A DNA stretch of 64,000 nucleotides. Source: Planctomycetota bacterium (GTDB lineage: Bacteria; Planctomycetota; Phycisphaerae; SM23-33). Shown one piece after another: positions 51,099-63,300 of the stretch. Each line of letters starts with the position of its first letter. Position 1 is the first letter of the stretch. Under the pieces are notes generated by a model. That model made no database searches. It saw nothing but the letters and a program-made list of their open reading frames with translations, and had not been told where the DNA came from. The stretch is taken from positions 181,419-245,418 of the forward strand of contig JAKJER010000003.1 in assembly GCA_022705325.1 (NCBI GenBank). Reading direction: 5' to 3'. Made by a program: the position numbers and the translations under genes.

Positions 51099-51311
51099 GC
51101 CGGAGGCAGAGCAAGGTCTTACAACCGATGCATCAACGCGCACCGCCCCCGGAGAGGGTGCGTGCCCCAGGAGGGGCCACTGCAAGCTCCCCAGGTCGCA
51201 GTCCAAGCCCCTGTATCCTGTGGGACAGTTGGCCCCAAACGCGGTGCAAAATGCGGCAGTCCGGGCGTATGATCGCCTGGTTCCTGCGTTAGACATGAGA
51301 TGAACGAACTC

Positions 51312-51336
51312 AAGCCTTCTTGCGTGTGTAAGGCTT
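51312..51336 (+). promoter_or_regulatory. Hairpin immediately upstream of the giant ORF RBS
   Basis: aagcctt (51312-51318) and aaggctt (51330-51336) form a perfect 7-bp stem with an 11-nt loop. The stem ends 2 nt before GGAG (51339-51342) and 14 nt before ATG 51351. Confidence 0.3.
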
Positions 51337-51350
51337 CAGGAGATCAGACG

Positions 51351-54300
51351 ATGCGAACTAACTGGATACTGGCTTTCGCGGTTATCTCCGCCCTTGCCGT
51401 GGCCCTGACTGCCCAGACGACCAAACCGTCGCCGCAGCCGGCCACCCAGCCAGCCGCCGCACCGACCACCCAGCCCGCCGTCGCTGCCGCGCCGACCACC
51501 AAGCCGGCCGTTGCCGCTGCGCCGACTACCCAGCCCGCCGTCGCTGCCGCACCGACCACCAAGCCGGCCGTTGTCGCTGCGCCGACTACCCAGCCCGCCG
51601 TCGCTGCCGCACCGACCACCAAGCCGGCCGTTGCCGCTGCGCCGACCACCCAGCCCGCCGTCGCTGCCGCACCGACCACCAAGCCGGCCGTTGCCGCTGC
51701 GCCGACCACCAAGCCCGCCGTCGCTGCCGCGCCGACCACCAAGCCGGCCGTTGCCGCTGCGCCGACCACCCAGCCCGCCGTCGCTGCCGCGCCGACTGTG
51801 AGACCGGCCGGGACGTACAGTAAGGACTCACCCAAGATCTTCCTCTTCCAGTTTAGCGGCTGTCCGTATCATGAGGTGATTCGCAAGTTCGCCCAGGCCT
51901 GTAAGAAACCGTTGTTGGGGGAAGTCGAGATTCCGGGCAGTCTCACGTTCTTCGACAGCGAACCTTACTGCTACGAAGAAGCCCTGGACACCCTCAACAT
52001 CCTCTTGAACATGCGGGGCTTCGCCCTGATCGAGTTCAAGCGGTATCTCCGCGTGGTGCAGGTAACCGAACTGGCCAACAACGCGAGCATCCTCCGCGGA
52101 CTGGACCAGGTCGGGGACATCCGGAACGAGCAGGTCGTCACCGTCTTGCTTCCGGTGGAGAATCTCGATCCGGAGGCCGCCTCCAAAGCCATCGTCCGCA
52201 TGGTGTCTTCGTACGGCTCGATCACTCCCATGCCTCGAGGCAAGGGTGTTCTCATCACCGACCGTCTGTCCAGCGTTCGCCGCATTCAGGACATGATCCA
52301 GATGCTGGACGCCGAGCGGGCGACCGCCAGCGACATCAAGACCATCCAGATCAAGAAGGCTTCGGCCAAGTCCGTCGCTTCGGTCATCAATCAGGTCCTG
52401 GGCGGTCCGTCTTCCAGCCCCGAACGCAGGTCGTCATCGGCTCCGCCGGCCTCTTCGGGTGACAGCGTGTCAGCCTACAGCGATGACCGCACCAATCTCC
52501 TGTTCCTGCGCGGTGTGGGCGCCAAGCTGCAACTGGCCGAGCAACTCGTGGAGAAGTTGGACAGCGAAGCGACCAGCGATGTCAGCGACATGCGCCTGAT
52601 CGAGTTGAAGAACGCCCGCGCCGAGGACGTAGCCAAGACCATCAGCGAAGTCATGCCCCGCGACCAGATCCAGGTGGCGGGCCCGCCCAGCAGCGACTCC
52701 AGCCGACGCCACTATCCCGTCACCGTGGCCAAGGGCAAGGTCGTCGCCGAGCCGGAGACCAACCGCCTGATCGTCTCCGCTCCGCTGGACGTGATGGTCA
52801 AGATCGAGGAACTGATCAAGAAGCTCGACGTGGCCAGCGACACCAGCGGCGGGGTCAAGGTCCTGCGTCTCAAGACCGCCGACGCCGCCCAGCTTGCCCC
52901 TATTGTCTCGGCCGCGGTGGCCAAGCAAACCCTCGCCGCTGGCGGGGCGAGAAGGGGAATGGTCACTGTCACCGCAGACAGCCGCACGAATTCTCTGGTG
53001 ATCGTGGGCCCGGCCGGCGACATCCAGGCAGCCGAGAAGCTCGTCGCCGAACTCGACCGCCCGCTGGACAAGGAAGAGGAACGCCAGATCCGCATCATCC
53101 AGTTACCCTCGGGCAACGCCGAGAAGCTGGCCAGTGCCATCTCCCGCGTGCTGGACAGCTCCCCGTCTTCGCATTACGGCTCCAGCCGCTATGGGTCGTC
53201 CTCGTCCCGCTCCCAGACCAGCCGCCCGCGTATCGAGGCCGACTCCGGCACCAACAGTCTGCTGATCTCGGCTGCCCCAAGCGACTGGCCGCAGATCGAA
53301 TCCATCCTGAAGCAGATCATTCCGCCCCCACCGCCTGACCAGCCCGCGGCCGCCACGCCGCTGGCCTTGACGACTCCGGTGCTGCGCCACGTGCCGCTCA
53401 AGTTCGCCAAGGCGGAGGATCTCGCCACCACGCTGCTGTCCGTGTTCGGCACGCGCCGGCGCAGCGAGGCCGTTTCCATCATCATCACCCCGTCGGCCCG
53501 CACCAACAGTCTGCTCATCTCGGCCGCCGAACCCGACCAGATCGCCATGGGGGAGTTGATCAAGACTCTCGACGTCGACTCCAGCGAGAAGCTCGACCCG
53601 GTCCGCATCGTCGAACTGAAGGTGGCTGACGCCGCCAAGGTCGCCGACGCCATCCAGGCCGTCCTGCCCCCGCGCCCCGTCGGGCGACGCGGCGAGACCC
53701 ACCAGGTCACCATCCACGCCGACACCGCCACCAACACCCTCTTTATCCGCGCCGGCGAGGCCGAGCAGAAGCTCATCGACGAGGTTATAGCCCGGATGGA
53801 CAAGGGCGCAATCGACCCCACCATTGTCCGCGAGACGCGAATCATCGCCCTCAAGTTCGTCCCTGCCAGCCAGATGGCGGCCAGTGTCCAGCAGTTCTTC
53901 CAGTCGGCCGGCGGCTCGCCCTCCAGCCCATACGGCTCGTCGTATTATCGCCGCCGGAGCTACTCCTCCGCCTCCGGAGAAAAGGCCTTCGATTCGCTGG
54001 TCGTCGCCGCCGCACCGGGAGACCAGGCCCTCATCGTGGAAGGACCCAAGAAGAAGGTCGACGAGGTCGCCGCCTTCGTCGCCAAACTCGACACCCAGGA
54101 CACCGGCCAGGCGACAATTGTCCGCGTCTATACCCTCAAGGAAGCCGACGCCGGCGAAATCTCCCGGACCCTGTCGGCCACTTTCTCCAAGAAGTGGCAG
54201 GACCAGAAGCGACGCGATCCGAAGCTGGCCGACCCCGAGCCGTCGTTTGAAATCAACGCCGGCGCCAACCAGCTCATCATCGCCGCCACCGAGAAGCAGC

Positions 54301-57300
54301 TTACCGAGATAGACGCGTTGATCGCCCAACTCGAGAAGGCCCCGGCTGTGACCAGCCAGACCAAGACCTTCCCCCTCAAGCACGCCAAGGCCGAGGAACT
54401 GGTCAACGTCCTCCAGACGATGCTGACCTCAGGCGCTCCCAGCCCCTACAGCGGCTATGCGTACAGTCGGCGATCCAGAAGCGTCGAGGGCGAGTTGAAG
54501 ATCGCCGCCATCGCCGCCTCCAATTCGCTGGTCATCCAGGGCCCGCCAGCCAAGATGGCCAAGGCCGAGCAACTCATCGCCTCCTTCGACACGCCCCAGG
54601 CGGGCGAGTCCTCGCTGATCAGCATCGTGCCGCTCAAGGCCGCCTCCGCCTCCCAACTCGCGGTCACCCTCAAGAACATGCTGCCTCCCCAGAGTCGAGA
54701 GCGAGAAAGCGAGTTGGTCATTCAGGCGGACACGGCGAGCAACTCCCTGCTCATCCGCGCCAGCGCCACGCAGCGAAAGATCATCGACGAACTGATCCCC
54801 AAGCTCGACGTCGAGTTGGCCGAAGGCACCCGCGAGATGCGGGTCGTGCCCGTAATGTTCGTCTCGGCCTCTCAGATCGCCCAGACCGTGTCGCAGGTCT
54901 TCCGCGGCCAGAACGGGACATCTTCGTCGTCTTCCTCCTATCGACGATCGTACTATCGGTCGTACGACGCCCCGCAGGCGGGTCCGGGCAGCGACGAGAT
55001 TCTTATCACGCCCGCCCCCAACGACCGCAGCATCGTCATCGAAGCCCCCAAGAAGAAGATCGAGCCGATTGTTCAGCTCATCGCAACCCTTGACGTTGCC
55101 GAAGGCACCGCCAAGGCCAACCAGATCCGCACCTACCAGCTCAAGAACGCCAACGCAGCCGAAGTTTCCCGCGTTCTTTCGGGCATGTACACCCAGCGAA
55201 CCAGCGGATACGGCGAGGCCCCTTCCGCGCGAGGCGGCTCGGGCCCGACCGCCACCCCGCCCAAGTTCGACCACGACACCGCGACCAATCAGCTCGTCGT
55301 CTCGGCCAGCGACGAACAGTTCGTCGAGATCGACGCACTGATCAAGAAGCTGGAAGAGGCGCCCCAACTGGCCACCCAGACCAAGACCTTCCCGCTCAAG
55401 CACGTGCGGGCGAGCGAGGTCCTGCCGGTGCTGACCAACCTGCTGAGCGAAACGCCCGCCTCCACCCCCGAGGGCTACGCGGGCTACTCGCCCTACTCCT
55501 CCCGTCGGCGCTACGGAGCGTCTGCGTCGTCGGAGCTTCGCCTGGCCGCCCTCCCCGGCGCCAATAGCATCGTCGCCCAGGGCCCGCCGCCCAAGATGCT
55601 CAAGGTCGAGCAACTCATCGCTTCCTTCGACACGCCCCAGGCGGGCGAGTCCTCGCTGATCACGATGGTGCCGCTGAAGAACGCCTCGGCCGCCAAACTC
55701 GCCGAGACCCTCAAGTCCATGCTGCCCGCCGCCTCGCGAGACAAGCCAAGCGAACTGGTCGTCCAGGCCGACACCGCGACCAACTCTCTGCTCATCCGCG
55801 CCGACGGCACCCAGCGGAAGATGCTCGACGAGTTGATCCTCAAACTCGACGTCGAGGTCGTCCAGACCGCCCGCGAAATGCGGGTCGTTCCGGTGCAGTT
55901 CGTCTCCGCCGCCCAGATCGCCCAGACCGTCTCCCAAGTCTTCCTGAAACAGGACGCTTCGTCGTCCTCCTACCGGCGATCCTCGTACTACTACCGCTCG
56001 TATTACCGCTCCTACGACGAGCCCGAAGAACCCACCCGCACCGGCGCGGATGCCGACAAGATCGTCGTGACGGCCTCCCCCAACGACCGCTCCGTCATCG
56101 TCGAGGCCCCCAAGCTGAAGATCGAGCCTGTCGTTCAGCTCATCACGACCCTGGACGTGCCCGAGGGCACGGCCAAGCCCCAGCAGATCCGCACCTACCA
56201 GCTCAAGAACGCCAACGCAGCTGAAACCGCCCGCATCCTGAGCAATATGTACGCCCAGCGTCAGAACGGCAGCGTCAGCAGCTACGGCGAGGAAGGCAGT
56301 CCAAGCCGGACCGCCAAGTCGAAGATCCCCGCGCCGAAGTTCGACCACGACGCCGGATCCAATCAGCTTGTCATCTCGGCCAACGACGAGCAGTTCGTCG
56401 AAATCGAAGCCCTGATCAAGACGCTGGATGAGACGCCCCAACTGGCCACGCAGACCAAGACGTTCCCGCTCAAGCACGCCAGGGCCAGCGAGATCGTCCC
56501 GCTGCTGACCAGCCTGTTGAGCGACACGCCCTCGTCCCCGGCGGTCGGCAGCTACTCGCGGTATTCATCGCGAAGTCGCTACGGCGCGTCGGCGACCGCC
56601 GGAGAGGTCCACGTCGCCACCCTGCCCGGGACCAACTCTGTGATTGTGCAGGGCCCGCCGGCCAAACTCACCCAGGCCGAGCAGTTGATCTCCACGTTCG
56701 ACACGCCCGAAGCGGGCGGCTCGTCGCTGGTGACGGTGATCCCGCTCAAGAACGCCTCGGCCGTCACGCTCGCCGAGACGTTGCGGAGCATGCTGCCCCC
56801 GCCCGTGCGGGGAAGGCCCGAGGAGATCGTCATCCAGGCCGACAGCCTGACCAACTCGCTGTTGGTCCGAGCTCCCGAAGACCAGCGCAAGACTATCGAC
56901 GACCTCATCGCCAAGCTCGACGGCGGCCTGGCCGATAATGCCCAGACCCGCGAGATGCGGATCATCCCGGTCAAGCACCTGTCGGCCGCCCAACTCGCAG
57001 AGACCGTCAGCGTCATGTACCAGCAACTCCGCGAGGCCCGGCGCGGGCTCCGCGCCCGTCCCGTTGACCCGGGCGAGCAGGTCGTCATCACCCCCTCTCC
57101 CAATGACCGCTCGATCGTCGTCGAAGCCCCCAAGAAGAAGGTAGAGGAGATCGCCAAGCTGGTGGCCGATCTGGACACCGAGGAGAACAGCTTCCAGATC
57201 CTCGTGCGGACCTACCAGCTCAAGACCGCCAGTGCATCGGAGCTGGCCCGTTCCCTGACCAACATCTTCGCCGCCAAAGTCGCCGGCTCCGCCTCGCCCG

Positions 57301-60300
57301 GCCGGCGCCCCGGCGCCGTGCCCAATCGCGCCGGTCCGCAGCCCACCTTCGACGTCGACGCCGCCAGCAACCAACTCCTGGTCGCCGCCACGTCTGAACA
57401 ACTCATCGAGATCGAGCAGCTCATCCAGAAGATGGACAATCCGGAGGTGCAGGCCGTCCAGACCCGCATCTTCCCCATCCAGCACGCCAAGGCCGACGAG
57501 CTGGTCACTCTCCTTCAGACGATGCTGAATGAGAATCCCCCCTCGGCCGCCTACGGCAGCTCGGCGTACTACTCGCGACGCTACCGCCCGACCGGGTCGT
57601 CCAGTGGAGACGACATCCGCATTTCCACGCTGCCCGGCACGAACAGCATTGTCGTCCAGGGGCCGCCCAACAAGCTTACGCGGGCCGAACAGCTCATCAA
57701 GAGCTTTGACACGCCCGAGGCGGCCGTCGCCGCCACCGTCACCATCATCCCCATCAAGAACGCCTCCGCGGCCACCCTGGTCGAGACCCTGCGGGCCATG
57801 CTCCCGCCGGTCAAGGGTCGGGCCGAGGAAGTGTTCATCCAGGCCGACATCCTGACCAACTCCGTGCTCATCCGCGCTCCCGAGACCCAACGGAAAATGG
57901 TCACCGAGTTGGTCGCCAAGCTGGACACCCAGAGCGAGCTTACCCGCGAGATGCGCGTTATCCCGCTCACCTTCACCAGCGCCACCCAACTCGCCAGCGC
58001 CCTGCAGGTCATGTACCAGCAGCACATGGCCACCCGGGGCGGCCCGCGGGCCAAGCCGGTGGACCCGGCCGAGCAGGTCATCTTCACCCCCGCGCCGCAC
58101 GACCAGGCCCTGGTCGTCGAGGCGCCCAAGAAGAAGATGGAGGAGATCGCCGCCCTCATCGAGAAGCTGGACGTCCAGGAAAGCCCCGACCGCCTCACGG
58201 TACGCACCTACCAGTTGGCCGAGAACTCCGACGCGGTCGAGACCGCCCGTACGCTGGCCAAGCTCTTTACCGAGACCCGCGTTCGCCCGGGCGCGATCGC
58301 GGGCAATCAACAGCAGCCCCGCTTCGAGGCCGACGGAGTGGGCAACCAGCTCATCATCGCCGCCACGCCCAAGCAGTTCGAGGAGATCGAGCCGCTGCTG
58401 AAGAAGCTCCAGGACTCCGCCCAGCTTGCCGTGCGAAGCAAAACCTACCAGCTCAAGTTCGCCAAGGCCGCCGACATCGTCCAGATGCTCCAGTCCATGC
58501 TGACCGGGACCACCGGCCGGTCGCGGTACTCCGCCTATGGGGACCCGGCCGCCGCGTCGAGCGAGGTCCGTGTCGCTGCCGTCAACGGCAGCAACAGTGT
58601 CTTCGTCCAGGGGCCGCCGGCCAAGCTGGCCATGGCCGACGAACTGATCCGCACCTTCGACACCGAGCAGGCGGCTGCCCGCAGCGTGATTCAGATCATC
58701 AAGCTCAAGAACGCCCAGGCGGCCTCGCTGGCCCAGGCCGTCAACGCCACGCTGGAGGCCCGGGCCGCCCGCCGTCCTTACGGCGAGCAGGCCGGCGCCG
58801 ACGACGGAAAGGTCACCGTCACGCCCGAGCCCAACTCCAACAGCCTTCTGGTCCGCGGGCCGCTGGCCGAGATTCCCTCCGTGCTGGAGATGATCCGCGA
58901 CCTGGATGAGGGCGGGACGAGCGCCAAGAGCGAAGTCCGCATCTTCCCGATCAAGAACTCCGACGCATACGAGCTTTCGACAACCCTGGGCAGACTGGTG
59001 CAGGACATGATCGCCCAGCAGACGCGCGCTCGCGGCGACGTGCCCGTGCCGGCCTTCAGCATCGCCGCCGACACCCGCACCAACTCGCTCATCGTCTCCA
59101 CCACCTCCGCCTACTTCGCCATCGTCGAGCAACTCCTGGAGAACCTCGACAAGGAACAGCCCATCCGCGACGTTCAGTACATCGCTCTGACCAACGCCCA
59201 AGCCGTCGACGTAGCCGAGAAGGTCAACGCCCTCTTCACCGACCGCAAAGGGTCCGACAAGCCTGTCATCGAGGCGGAGGAGTACACCAATTCCCTCACC
59301 GTCATCGCCAAGGCGGTGGACCTGCTGACGATCCAGGAAATGGTGGAGAAGCTCGACAAGGGACGGCGCGAACTTCAGGTCCGGGTCGTCCCCATCAAGC
59401 AGATCAAGGCCGAACGGATGGCCGAGATCATCCAGCGGGTATACGGGCAGACGACGAGCAGCCGTGTCATCGTCACCGGCCAGTCCCCCCCGACGCGGAT
59501 GGGGATCGAGTTGCCCGCCCCTCAACCGACGCCCGCTCCGCCCCCGCCGGCGGGCAAAGGCCCCGCCGCTTCGGCCAAGCCGTGGACCGGCAGCGTTCCT
59601 CGCCCGGCGACGCAGCCAGCCACCCGGCCCACCACGCGACCGGAGAGCGCCCCAGCCGCCAAGGACGATGGCGAGTTGGAGGAGAACCCTCCGATCACCA
59701 TCGCCATCGACCATAAGAGCAACACGCTGATCATCTCGGGCCCGCCCCAGGAGATCGACAACATCCAGGGCCTCATCGACCAGATGATGACCTCGCCCGA
59801 GGAGGCCGAGGCTGAGTTCCGGACCTATAGGATCGAGCACGCCGACCCGGTGGTTCTGGCCCAGACGCTGGAGGACATGTTCAACCCCAAGCCCAAGGTA
59901 GTCTACCTCCAAGCCCGTACCGGACAGCCGGCGCAGGCCCCGGCTGAACCGCCCCCGCCCATTACTGTACAGGCCGACGCCCGCACTCGCTCCATTGTCG
60001 TCCGGGCGAAAGTCATCGACTTCGACATGATCGAGCCGCTGATCAAGTACCTCGACCAGGAGACTTCCGCCCACAGCGAACTGCGCGTCTTCCCGCTGGA
60101 GAACACCGAGGCCGGCGAGGTCGCCGACAACCTCAAGGAGATGTTCAACCTGGCCCAGAAGGGGACCGCGGCCCAGCCCGCGCCCCAGCCTCAGGCCGGG
60201 CGCACGGCCCAGCGCGGCCGGGCCGACCGTGTCCGCCAGGTCATGGACCTGCAGGTCGCTGCCGGCGGCTCAGCCAAGGTCGATCCCTATTCGGCCATCT

Positions 60301-63300
60301 CCATCTCCGCCAACCGCAACACCAACAGCGTGGTCGTCTCGGCGCCTAAGGAAGTCATGAAGCTCGTCGAGTCGATCATTCAGGAGTTGGACCAGTCGGC
60401 TCTCCAGTCCAAGACCGTGGTCCGCATGTACCCGCTCAAGCACGCCGAGGTCACGCCGACGGTGTCGGCCCTGCGGGAGATCTTCTCGCAGGCGGCCCGC
60501 ACCAGCCCGCTGCGCTCGTCCCGCACCGGTTCGACGCCCGGAGCCTCGCTGCGAGACGCCCCGATCGTCGTCACCGGCGACGAGGTCGGCAGGCAGATCA
60601 TCGTGTCCGCCCCCGTCACCCAGCATGAAACGGTCGCCAAGGTCATCCAGGACATCGACACCGCCCAGGGAGTCGGGCAGATCCTGGTGCAGGTCTACCG
60701 CATCCAGAACGCGGAGGCGACCAGCGTCGCCGCTTCACTCAGTACCATGTTCTCGTCGACGGCCTCCGCCGCCGGCACGGGGCGGCGTGTCCGCACTGCC
60801 ACCGGAGGCGGCGGCCCCAGGATCAGCGCCGACGCCAGCAGCAACTGCATCGTGGTGCGGGCCGTCCAGGAGGACCACGCCGAGATCACCCGTCTGCTGG
60901 AGGAACTGGACGCCTCGCCGGCCGACAAGTATCCCGTGCGCCGCATCCCCATCCAGAACGCAAGCCCCACCGTCCTGGCCACCAACCTGCGGGCGGTCTT
61001 CGCCGGCCGTTCAGGCACGGCTGGCGGGCGGCGAGGCGGTGCCGCCGGACGCGACGGACTGGTCATACAGCCTGACGAGGACGCCCGCATGCTCCTGGTC
61101 CGAGCGGACGAGGAGACCTACAAGAAGATCGAGGAGATGGTCCAGGCCCTCGATGCCGTCAGCGTCTCCGACAAGCTCCAGACCGTCATCATCCCGCTCG
61201 AACACGGGCAGGCGACCAGCGTGGCCGCCGCATTATCCCAGGCGTTCGGCGCCTCCGCACGCGGGGGACGCCGCTCCACCAGCCCCGAAGACGAAGTCCG
61301 CATCGCTGCGGAGACGTTCACCAACTCCATCCTGATCACCGCCAGCGAGAAGAATCTGCTGAAGATCCAGGCGATGGTCCAGAAGCTTGAGAAGGACACG
61401 GCCGGCGGGGTCAAGAGCGAGTTCCTTGTGCTCACCAACGCCAAGGCCGACGACCTGGCGACCGTCCTGGCACGCCTGGCCGGCGCGAGCGGACGCGGCG
61501 CCCGGGGCGCAGCCGGGACCGGCGGGGTCACCGTGGCCGCCGATGCCGCCGCCAACGCCCTGGTGTTCTCCGGACCGGCCGCCGAGGTCGCGAAGCTCTC
61601 GACGATGGCCAAGCAACTCGACCAGGCGGCTCAGGGCTCGGCTGTCCAGGTGTTCATGATCCCGTTGAAGAACAACATCGCGTCGGAGGTGGCAGCCGCC
61701 ATCCAGCAACTCCACGCCCAGCAGGCGGTGCGCCGCGGCGGGGCCGCTTCCCGCGAACCGCTCTCGGTCACGTTCGACGACTCCGCCAACGTCGTCGTCC
61801 TGTCCACCACCAAGCGACAGTATGACGAGATTTCACAGTGGGTGACCAAGTTCGAGGAACTGAAGGTCACGCGCGAAGCCCCGAAGATCATCGCCCTGGT
61901 CAACAGCGACCCGCAGGAGATCGAGCGGGCCCTTCGCCAGATGTTCGCCGGCGGGTCGGCCCCTGGAGGGCGCGGCTCGCGGACCGTTCGCACCACCGGC
62001 AAGGTCGAGATCGCCTCTCTGCCACAGCAGCGTGCCCTGCTGGTCAAGGCTGGCGCCGAGGACTTCAAGCTCATCAGCGATCTGGTCAAGTCGCTGGACG
62101 AGTCGGCCCCGACCGCCATGCCCAAGCAGACAATGGTCGCGCTGAAGCACGCGCCGGCCGCCAGCGTGGCCTCCGCCTTGACGGCGGCCTTCGGCCCCGG
62201 CAGGCGAGGGCGCACCGCCCTGGCCCGACCCGAGGATGAGGTCCGCGTCGTGGCCGAGGCGGCCTCCAACTCCGTCATCATCACCGCCGACGAGAAGAAC
62301 ACGACCGCCGTGCTGAGCCTGATCGCCAAGCTGGACACCGACGAGGCCTCGGGCAAGGCCCAGTTCCTGATCCTCAAGAAGGCCAAAGCCGTCGAGTTGG
62401 CCCGCGTGCTCAGCGCGGCCACGTCGCGGGGCGCCCGCAAGCCGGGCCAGCAGCCGCTGGTAGTCACGGCGGATGCCGCCAGCAACGCCCTGGTCCTCTC
62501 GGGCCCGCCCAACGACATCGAAGCCGCCATCGCCATGGCCACCAAGCTGGACGAGGCCGCCACGGCGGGCATCTCGGAAGTCTTCCTGATCCCGCTCAAG
62601 ACGGGCCAGGCCAGCGAGGTCGCCGCCACCGTACAGCAGATCTACCAGCAGCAGGCCGCGGCGACGCGCTCGGCGGGGCGGACGATCGACCCCCTCGCCG
62701 TCTCGGCTGATGACTCGGCCAACGTGATCATCCTGGCCACCACCAAGGTCATGCATGACCAGGTGAACCAGTGGATCGGCAAGGTCGAAGAGATGAAGGT
62801 CGGCCAGGGCGAGCCGCGCCTGGTCACGCTCGAGAACGCCGATGTGGCCGAGGTAGAGAAGGCCGTGCGGGCGTTGTTCATCACTGTCCGGGCGACCGCC
62901 GGGCGTGGCGCCCGCGGGGCGGCCGGGGCCACCGGCGCCCGTATCGAGGTGGCTTCCCTGCCCCAGCAGCGGGCCTTGCTGATCAAGTCCGGCGAGGAAG
63001 ACTTCAAGGCCATCAACGACCTGATCATGGCACTGGACGCAGCCGCCGTCACCCGCCTGAACAAGCAGACGATCATTCCGCTGAAGCACGCCCAGGCCAC
63101 CAGCGTAGCTCCGGCTTTGCAGTCGGCATTTCAGCAGCAGATTCGCGGGCGCGGAGCGGCGGTGAAGCCAGAAGATGAGGTCCGCATCATCGCCGAGCCG
63201 ATCTCCAACACATTGATCGTGGCTGCCAGCGACAAGAACACGGTCCTCGTGCAGGGCCTGGTGGCCAAGCTGGATACGGACGAGGCCTCGGGCAAGGCCC

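Noticed and set aside
51344-51835. ORFs 51344..51835(-) (GAAATAGWVVGAAATAGLVV...), 51511..51801(+) and 51586..51831(-).
   Set aside because: They are alternative-frame and opposite-strand readings of the 30-nt tandem repeat that lies inside the giant ORF. It is also not a CRISPR array, because the units are contiguous with no spacers.
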